DNA from: Kipferlia bialata
Lineage: Eukaryota
NCBI GenBank assembly: GCA_003568945.1
Contig: BDIP01000092.1
Location: 1 to 32,044 of the forward strand
DNA length: 32,044 nt
Reading direction: 5' to 3'
Position numbers and translations under genes: made by a program. This document shows positions 23,801-32,044 of the stretch, one piece after another. The notes beneath the pieces are model-generated. The model did no database searches. It had not been told where the DNA came from and was given only the letters and a program-made list of their open reading frames with translations. Position 1 is the first letter of the stretch. The number at the start of each line of letters is the position of its first letter.

Positions 23801-26800
23801 TGTATAGGCACCCAAGGCCCCAGCCACTCCTGAGAGTGTGGATGTGGCTGCTGACACGTGGTATGTAACCTCCTCTACCACTGTTGTGGCCGTAGCAACA
23901 TTGAGTGTCACACTGAGTACACTAGCGTCAGGCATGGTGACTTCCACCTGCCTCACCCCCTCCCCTGCTGTGGAGTAGGAGTGGGTGAAGGCACCATCCC
24001 CAGGGACGTAGGACAGGGTGTACATGGAGGTCACTCCAGTACCCACATCCCTGACGTTCAGGGGGTATGTACCACTTGTGAGCATGGCACCACACGTGTC
24101 TCTAGGCTCGAGGGTGATAACCACTGTCTCCCCCGGTGCCACTTGGGTCTCAGAGAGAGAGAGGGTGGTGAGGTCGTAGGAGAGGCCCTGCACGAGAGTG
24201 GCAGACTGTGATCCAATGGCAGCACCATCGACATAGACTGAGAAGGTGTGGGAACCAGGGGAAGATGGGGCAGCGCCAGTGTGTGTATAGGAGTCCGTGA
24301 CATCAGAGTACACTCCAGACACCGGTGTGTCCCCATCCCAGCCCATCGAAAGAGAGGCACCCAGGTCCACATTGACCCTCTCGCCTAGGGAGTTGAACAC
24401 ATCTACACTCACATCATGGTCAGCACACAGAGAGACAGCGACAGGGAGGGTCACTGAGGCAGTCCTCGGCCAGTCTAGAGAGAGGGAGGAGACATACATG
24501 GTGCTGGTGCTGACCAGTCTTCCGTTGGTGTAGACAGAGAGTGCCTGGACGCCGTCTGTCCATACGGGTGGGGAGAGGGTCACGGTGTACGCCCGGTCAG
24601 ACCCTGACCATACGACACCCTGCTCACTGGGGGTACCGTCATTCCACCCTACACTAACAGATGTCTGAGATGGGAATCTGTCCCCCGTACTGTCATACAG
24701 TATCACAGTGGCAGTGGGTGGGGAGGAGTATGAGTAGGTGACATCCACCAAGGCGGAGACAGTGAGCTGGCCCAGTCCACCAAGGGGTGTCTTGGTCACA
24801 TGTGTGTCAGACACTGCTGTGACACTGGTGCTATCCACCTGCATCCAGCCCCAGTCTGTACCAGTGGAAGACTCATACTCCCAGGTCCCAGAGACGACAG
24901 AGAATACATGCAGCACACTGGCTGCGTCTAATAGTAGCATGGAGTCACCGGAGAAGAATAAGCCTTGGATAGGGGCTAGCAATCCAGGTGGCAGGGTAGA
25001 CACCTCCTCCTGCATGGCCCAGTCCGACCCATCCCACTGATAGACACTCACCACACACCCACTCCTGACCACACCCACCCTCTCACTAGCATTGGTAGTG
25101 TCAACACTCACCAGAACACTTGAGTCCTCCCCCTCATACTGAGTATCGTAGGGGGTGGACAGAGACACAGTGGGGCCTGATGATTGGGACAGGTTGTATC
25201 CGTAGAGGGTATCGTCCCCTGTGTCCACTACCCAAAGGGAGTTGGCGCCTATAGACATTGCAAGTGTGGTTGACTGGAAGGCATTGGGGGAAGGGGGTGT
25301 GACGCTGTTGACGGTACCCCACGTCCCATCCCCTGAGCTGTACTGACAGGTGAAGACATGCCCATTCCCCTGTATGACGATGTTGTCTCCATAGACATAG
25401 ACACCAGTGCCAAACCCTAGCCCCTCAATGGGCACAGGGGGGAAGAGGGTAGTTTCCAGTGACCAGTCAGAGCCCACTACCCGGTACACATGGACCGCCC
25501 CGACCTGGGTCTGTCCATCCACAGAGGTGTAGGGGTACCCCACAGCCATGAGGTCTCCTTGCATATCGACAGCTGTGTCTGTCCAACTGCCTGCACCCCC
25601 ATCATCGTCAGACCCCTCCTCTACAGTCACCTTGTCACTTAGGGCTGTATCAATGATGCCCCTCAGCACCATATAATCAGAGCCAGTCTGTTCCTGGTAC
25701 ATGTATAGTACACCCCCTTCGTGGTCAGTGTATGGCGCAGAGTTGACTACCACCCAGTCCCCATACACTGCCTTGACTGACCCTAGGCTATCGACACCCA
25801 GAGACACATCGGGAGAGGGTAGGCCTGTGGCCACAGTCGATGGCGACAGAGATACAAGCAGAGGCTGCGTCACTGTAACCCCGTCAGCAGTCATGGAGAC
25901 TGTGTGGGCACCCACTGTGGTGAACGTGTGGGAGATGCTGTACAGAGCATCACTCCCCGTGTCTAACACCGTATCATCGTACACATCCACCCCTGTATCA
26001 TCGTGTACTATACGGACTGTCAATACGAGGTCAGGGATCGGGGTGCCACAGGCATCTGCCGGGTATAGGTCGATGGACAGAGTGCTTCCTGGGGCTGTGA
26101 ACCGTGTCATCCCTATGCTACTGGTCAGAGCAGACACCCCGGCTGTGAGGGTTGGGATTGCGATCTGTAGAGTGACGGCTGGTGCTCCAAGGTCTGTGTC
26201 TGTGTATACAGAGTATGGAAGGCCTGGGGTGGAGGGGGACACCACCTCCAGAGAGCAGGTGTTAGTGGCCGGGTTCCACTGCTCCTGGGAAGATGCTGTG
26301 ACAACCCCGCCCCACTCAATGTACACACTGTCACAGGCATTCTCTGTCACTACAGGCAGTGGGCTCGCGAACACTGGGCCGGTGTGCAGCTGGACTGAGG
26401 CCGTATACACAGAGCACACCTCGGTGGCAGTTAGGGTTGTTGTTGCAGTGCTGGGCGAGACAGCAGAGACCCCGTCCAGTATGAGTGTGCGGGTCAGGAG
26501 GGGCATTGGCTCTGGCCCGTCAAGGTATATGGCGACATGGTTGACACCCTGGGCAAGGGGTAGGGAGAGGATGTACGTGTAGGGGGTGACGGAGACAGGC
26601 GGTGAGTCGGCATCCCCTGGGGTTGTGCTGCTCTGCATGTACTCTAGAGCCCCTAGGACCACCGACCCATTCAGAGTGACCACGACTGTCAGCTCTAGTG
26701 GTGAGTAACCAATATACTATACAGGGGGGGGGGGGTAATACCAATAACTACACACAGTCCTCCCTCACAGTCATCATATCTATCACCCACCTGTCTGTAT

Positions 26801-29001
26801 GTTTGCATAGGACCCGTCCTGTATGTACACTGTGCCTGTCAGCGTGTCAGAGACAGGGCTGTCCAGAACAGCCCCTGCATAGACAGTCATACTCGTCGAT
26901 GTCAGTGACTCATACAGGTATACACCCGTGCTCGTGTCCCACCTGCCCATCTGGGGCACTCCCATGAACATACCATGGGTACACACACATATTGCCCCGG
27001 TGACGCCATTGGCATACCCTACAGGGGACTGCAGGGTGCGGTAGGAATACCAGAGGGTGCCATCGTGTAGAAATATGACTGACACAGAGGGAACACTCAC
27101 AACAATGGCGGCGCTGCTGACCAAGAGCTGGGGTCAGTTGGTGTATATACACAAATAGTGTGGCAGGATATGAACATGGAATGTGATGTGTCCTCACCTG
27201 TGTCCTGGGTACCACCCCGTCAACGCGGTAGAGACCCTCCCTCTCACAGGGCACAGAGAGTGTCTGCTCCCTGACCCATACCCCAGAGGCAGGGGAGATG
27301 GTGTACACTAGCACATCGTCACTGGCAGTGTAGGCCAGCACCAGCCTACCAGTCCCCCCTGCCTCCCTAATGGCAACAGACAGGTAGTCATCGTCTAGGT
27401 ACTGGTCCTCATCGTCTGTGCGGTACCACCCATGGGATATGTACTGGGGTGAGATGGGGGGGGGTTAAAGACAAGGGGGAGAGAGAGAGAGAGAGCTCAC
27501 CTGGGTAGGGACGTCCCATCCAGTCTGGCTGATGTCGTACATGTACAGGAGACGCTCGGACGCCACAGCTAGCCAGTCACCACTCACTGAGAGGTCAGAG
27601 GGAGGCGACAGAGAGAGTGAGAGTGAGGGGGGGGGGGAGAGACTGAGGCAGAGCCACAGAGATATTATGAATGGACACCAATGTGACTGTGCATGTTGCA
27701 ACTACAATTATATATATATAGAGAGAGAGAGAGATATATATATATATACCTGCCATCTGCCGCACTGTCCTATCAATATGACTGTGCATATAGTATCTTC
27801 AATATGCATACATATATATAGAGTAATAGAAATACCTGCCATCTGCCCCACTGCAACTACAAATAATACATATATATGTATATATATAGTGAGAGATATA
27901 TACTACATCATATACCTGCCATCTGCCCCACTGTTCTGTCGAATGCCCCCTCCACCGGCGTGGTGACCTCATACACTGGGTCCCACACCCCAACGGCAGA
28001 GGTGTGGCATGTAAACAGACCCCCATCTGCTAGTATATACACATCAGACACAGTCACAGCCACACTGTACCCAAAGGCCATGTCGGCAGAGACAGAGGCA
28101 GCTGGGGGTTGAAGCCTGGCCTCGTATGTCCATGTCCCAGCAACGTTGCGGTACATGTGCACTGCACCCACAGCAGAGGTGCCGCTGATGGCCTCTGAGG
28201 GTGCAGAGACAGCTAATAGGGTGCCGGAAGGGTCCATAGATACCTGCTGGCCAAATAGGAGTCTGCTGTCCGAGGGGACTGAGTCGCTAGGGGGCGTGAG
28301 GGTCTGGGGTGGGAGAGAGACAGGTGAAGAAGAGTGAGAGAGGGGGGGGGGGGCACTGGCTGGGTCTTATGACATCTGCGAGAGAGTCAAACTGGGTAAT
28401 AAGAGACACCCAAACACCAACCTGAAGTGCTGCGTACTCATATGTGCCCGATGTCAAGACTGCCTCATACACATAGGCGCTGCCCATGAATGCGTTGACC
28501 CCATGGGCCCCTGTCGCCATCCAAGTGCCATCATCACTGACAGACACGCTGTATCCAGAGTAGCCTGAGGGTGGGAGGGGGAGGAAAGGGGCAGGGTAGA
28601 TCGTCATTGTATATCGTATATGTACATGCCCGTATCAAAACAACGATACACAATCCCACGACACAGAGAATTCTGAGTCAGAGTGCGTATGTGTACCTAT
28701 ACCCCCATACTACAGCATACTACAGCACCCCCCCTGCCCCCCTACCTGACGTGACTGCCATGGTGCCCCCAGTGTCTGAGGCCGGGTCTGCCACATGCTC
28801 CTCTGTGGGCATAAGCAGCACGGGGGTGGGCACAGTGAAGACGTCAAACACAGTCCCGCTCTTGACCTGGTTCATACCAACCACAGCATCAGTGTTGGTA
28901 GCATCATAGATGGTAGGATTGGGTGTGGGTGAAGAGAAAGAGAGCCCAATGAAGCAAAGGAGGAACAAGAGAGCACACACACGGAGCAGGGAGGCTCTCA
29001 T
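14804..29001 (-). CDS. Giant (~4,400 aa) single-pass cell-surface receptor: signal peptide, two FG-GAP-like propellers, filamin/Ig-like repeats, TM, pseudokinase-like domain, PARP/ART-like domain
   Basis: Nine phase-consistent GT-AG exons: 29001-28746, 28564-28422, 28303-27916, 27586-27501, 27443-27198, 27127-26791, 26694-22937, 22865-16164, 16102-14804, summing to 4404 codons plus stop. Signal peptide MRASLLRVCALLFLLCFIGLSFS. FG-GAP motifs GYSVSVSDDGTWMATGA, FGQQVSMDPSGTLLAVSAP, FGYSVAV. Filamin-like motifs GVYTYTYTPTEEGTYTVS. TM LTLVAGVSLIVSVLSVGFGVYSVSLA followed by RK (~16830-16910). It joins the 1254-, 2240- and 434-aa ORFs. Confidence 0.9.
27746..27933. repeat. Three copies of a 22-bp exon-end/donor unit (atacctgccatctgcc[c/g]cactg): the real exon 3 end plus two copies in intron 3 of the giant gene
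   Basis: Copies at 27746-27767, 27832-27853 and 27912-27933, separated by TA/GA-rich spacers. Confidence 0.9.
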
Positions 29002-29184
29002 ATGTCTAGGATGCTCTCCTGTGACCTTCGTAACTCTCTCTCTGCTACGGTGTCACGCTATACTGATGGATAGATATGACTGGTGCAGAGGAACCAAGTA
29101 TGAATATAGCCTACACCCCTAAGTCACAAACAATCAGTGTGGATGTCGGGGTCAAACTGACACTGGAGCAGCTCTTCACTCGGT
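29002..29184. promoter_or_regulatory. Candidate bidirectional promoter between divergent genes
   Basis: Only 183 bp separate the ATG of the giant receptor (29001, -) and the ATG of the hydrolase (29185, +). Positional inference only. Confidence 0.5.
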
Positions 29185-30123
29185 ATGAAAGGGATCCTGT
29201 GCGTGACTGCCCTCTGCCTCTGCATAGCAGTGCATGCATTTGTGGAGACCAGGTATATATCAGTCCTCTCCTGCGTACTCTCATCCCTTCTCCTCTAACG
29301 TCAGTGTCACCTTCCCAACCTTCGATGGCATCTATCTCAATGGAAACACAACCTTCCCCGTCGACTGCACTGCCGCCTCCCCATGCCCTGCAGTTGTCTT
29401 CATCGCAGGTATAGTATTAGCTCTCTATCCACATTCATGTGTATGTATATGTATACCTGACACCGAGTGGTGAATAGTGTGGTGACCCCAGGTTCTGGTC
29501 CCAACGACATGAATGAGACTGGGGGTGTATACGAGGCAGCCAGAGACATATCTGCATCCATAGCAGAGGCGGGTATCGCCATGCTCAGATACGACAAGAG
29601 GAGGTAGGGGCAGTCTCATATAGTCACTTCTTTGCTTTTCTTTCTCTCTGTGAATGAGTGTAACACCAGCTGTGCCGCAGACAACAGCCACGGCAGGTGC
29701 CAGGACCTGCCCATTAACAGATGGAATGTCGAGTTTGACGACTTTGTAGCAGATGCCGAGTTTGCTGTGGCCTATCTCGCGGAAGACGAGAGGTACGTCC
29801 CCCCCCCCCTTACCTGACACCCCCTCCTTACCCCTTTCACACACCTTAGGGTGTCCTCTGTCTATGTCAGTGGCCACAGTCAGATTATGATGTGTATCAC
29901 TGTGTTTATGTGTTACTCCCTACCACTCCCTACCCTCTCTCACCTATAGAGTGTCCTCTGTCTATGTCACTGGCCATAGTCAGATTATGATGTGTATCTA
30001 TGTGTTACTCTCTTCCACTCCCAATCCTCTCTCACCTATAGAGTGTCCTCTGTCTATGTCACTGGCCACAGCCAGGGGTGTGACATTGCCCCCCTGGTTG
30101 CTGACCATCTATCCACAGGCACG

Positions 30124-30163
<40 letters not shown>

Positions 30164-31358
30164 GAATATCTGTTGACACACACACATATATATATTTACC
30201 GGTATTATTAGAAACCTAAATGTCTATATGCATATGTATCTCCCCTTATCCACAGGGACCTCCCAGGCTGGACAGTACACTGTGGGAGGGGTGGCACTGC
30301 TCATGGGAGGTACAGTGCCCAATCATTGCCCTATAATTGTTTCTCATCCATGTACTCTATCCTGCACACACTACACAATACTACAAGTACTCTCCGTCTC
30401 TCTCAATCCCTCTCTCTCTCCCCCTAGGCGGCATCTCCATCCTGGACACCATGTTGAGACAGTACACAGAGTCCGCACAGGTAACAGTGGTGTGACATAA
30501 GAGATATATGATAGACTAAGAGTGAAGTTTATCCCCCATACAGTAGTAGAGCATACCCACCTTCAGGAGTATACCACCCAGCTGTACCAGTACCTGGCCT
30601 CTGTCGATATATACACAGTCGACCAGGAGGTCATAGATGCATACGCAGGTAAGACCACATATGGCATACATAGTATGTAGCAGTCATTGCCTGCCTACAT
30701 CATTGATTGTCACAATCATTGTGTCTACTGTACCCCTTTCCCCACCCCCAGATGTGATTGAGCAGTCCTGGGCCATGGTGGATGGCTGGTCCAGTGTCAT
30801 GTCCCCATTGATAGCACATGAGTACCCACCCAACTACCTCATTAATGGGTGCACAGCCACATTCTGGTACCAGGTGGGTGGGTCAATACATACCATGTAT
30901 GGCATCTCTATATATGTGGTCTGCACCTGACCCCCAGTGGATGGATGCCACCGACCCTGACAAGCGCACTGTCACATGGACATCCCTAGACAGTGCCGGG
31001 GTGCCTGTCCTGGCGGTCAACAGCAGGACAGACTACAACCTGCAGCCAAGGTCACATTCATATCGTTGTAGTACAGTACCTGTACTATCACTCTGTGTTC
31101 ATTATCCCTTGTACTCTGTGGTCTTCAACACATACACAAACCAACATGAATAGGAGTTTGCCACTACCCCTGTACGAACCGCTAACCCCCAGTGACTACG
31201 AGCCCCTGCACTCCCTGCTGTCTGACGTCATGGGAGACCTGTACTCAGGGCACGTCACAGTTACAGACCTCTGCCACATGATGGCACCTGCCAACGGGGC
31301 AGACTTCATCGTCAACGTTGAGGTCATTGATGCACTGGTTGACTTCATTACACTCTAA
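29185..31358 (+). CDS. Secreted alpha/beta-fold serine hydrolase (esterase/lipase/peptidase-like), 11 exons, 357 aa
   Basis: Exons 29185-29252, 29305-29408, 29492-29603, 29670-29792, 30042-30118, 30256-30309, 30428-30480, 30567-30648, 30752-30873, 30938-31050, 31193-31358 total 1074 nt in frame. Signal peptide MKGILCVTALCLCIAVHA. Motifs VTFPTFDGIYLNG, PAVVFIAGSGPND, AGIAMLRYDKR, nucleophile GHSQG, PVLAVNSRTDYN (candidate Asp) and DLCHMM (candidate His). Confidence 0.88.
29840..30075. repeat. Tandem triplication (~92-100 bp period) of acceptor plus GHSQ-encoding exon start
   Basis: gtgtcctctgtctatgtca[g/c]tggcca[c/t]ag at 29851, 29951 and 30043, each with a cac..tag acceptor ending one base upstream. 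Confidence 0.9.
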
Positions 31359-31641
31359 CGGGTATCAGAGTGAGTGCTAAGCACTAGACGTATATGGTGT
31401 TTCTGGATAATGGGTCGGGCTCCACCAGAGTGGATGGCCTAGTGGGTGGGTGGGTGGAATAAGAATTAGGATTTGTATAGTGTTATTATCACTCTGAATG
31501 GAGTAAGGTGTTATGGTGTTCCTCAGTAAAATATATTTTGGTGAGTGGAATGCCGTGGAATATTCAACATATATATACCGCTGCCCCCATTATGTCCAGT
31601 GACTGTCTTCAAGCTCCAATTATGGGAAACTTTCAACTCAC

Positions 31642-31912
31642 TGTTCTTGTCACGCATTGGGGTGTCCCCATTGGGGACGCTGTGAATAGACGTCTGAACG
31701 TCTCTGATATCACATCCTGGGACACTGATGCAGAGGCAGAGGCCTTTTCAACTTGGCTTCGGCCGTCCTGGATCTTAACTCTTAACTGATGGATCCAGTG
31801 TCTAAAGGTAAGATCACGTGCTATATCTGTGTTACCCTTCCAGTGAATGTGCTCTCTTCACATCAGTAATTCGGCTTCTGTGTTCTGTGTTACCCACAAC
31901 GACGTCCATCAT
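31642..31912 (-). CDS. Possible exons of a hypothetical protein
   Basis: MMDVVVGNTEHRSRITDVKRAHSLEG (ends 31836, gtaac donor) joins in phase to HWIHQLRVKIQDGRSQVEKAS...CVTRT (31801-31642, gtgagt donor). No recognisable domain. Confidence 0.3.
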
Positions 31913-31994
31913 CTCCACTTCCTCTTGTCTCACTCATTATTTGTGTACATCTCCATCCACCTTTCCAACCTTCGATATATCATATATGTCTCCC

Positions 31995-31997
<3 letters not shown>

Positions 31998-32044
<47 letters not shown>
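31998..32044. repeat. poly-C homopolymer at window/contig end
   Basis: 47 consecutive C running to the end of the sequence. Confidence 0.95.

Noticed and set aside
14826..26582. Many long + strand ORFs (e.g. 15513-16067, 20221-21003, 21070-21639, 25701-26582)
   Set aside because: Antisense shadows of the Val/Ser/Thr/Gly-rich giant gene; T/S/P-biased with no motifs.
16131..26683. The 2240-aa and 1254-aa ORFs as standalone prokaryote-like genes with GTG starts
   Set aside because: Both are bounded by canonical donors and acceptors that join them in phase; their ends are intron read-through.
27746..27933. Repeat-spacer-repeat pattern resembling a mini CRISPR array (also 29851-30075)
   Set aside because: Only three copies, low-complexity or duplicated spacers, repeats equal to exon ends with splice sites, eukaryotic context, no cas genes.
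29076..29414. ORF-track 112-aa ORF as the hydrolase start
   Set aside because: Wrong frame at the first intron; the ATG at 29185 gives a signal peptide and correct phase.
758..31358. Whole window as a co-functional signalling gene cluster (GPCR, Kelch, RING, receptor, hydrolase)
   Set aside because: Eukaryotic gene adjacency is weak evidence, and the left part may be mis-joined at the poly-C tract.

Overview
Eukaryotic, intron-rich protist DNA with short GT-AG introns, microsatellite and poly-G/C tracts, and a branch-point motif close to the 3' AG. The style suggests a free-living metamonad such as Kipferlia, which is inference only. The ORF track is mostly misleading because the genes are spliced, so I rebuilt exons by hand with frame checks. 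Left to right: (1) the first exon of a K/A-rich hypothetical gene (-); (2) a GPCR-like gene resembling the cAMP-receptor/GCR1 type, with TM3-TM7 recovered (-, 758-2763); (3) a poly-C tract where two genes both lose their 5' ends, a possible mis-join; (4) a multi-exon Kelch/beta-propeller gene (+, ~3140-9142); (5) a RING-H2 plus ARM-like repeat putative E3 ligase (-, 9534-14558); (6) a 9-exon, ~4,400-aa single-pass receptor (-, 14804-29001) with a signal peptide, two FG-GAP-type propellers, a long filamin/Ig-like stalk, a TM helix, a degenerate kinase domain and a degenerate PARP-like ADP-ribosyltransferase domain; (7) head-to-head with it, an 11-exon secreted alpha/beta hydrolase (+, 29185-31358). 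Six introns across five genes contain short duplicated copies of the adjacent exon end plus splice site.
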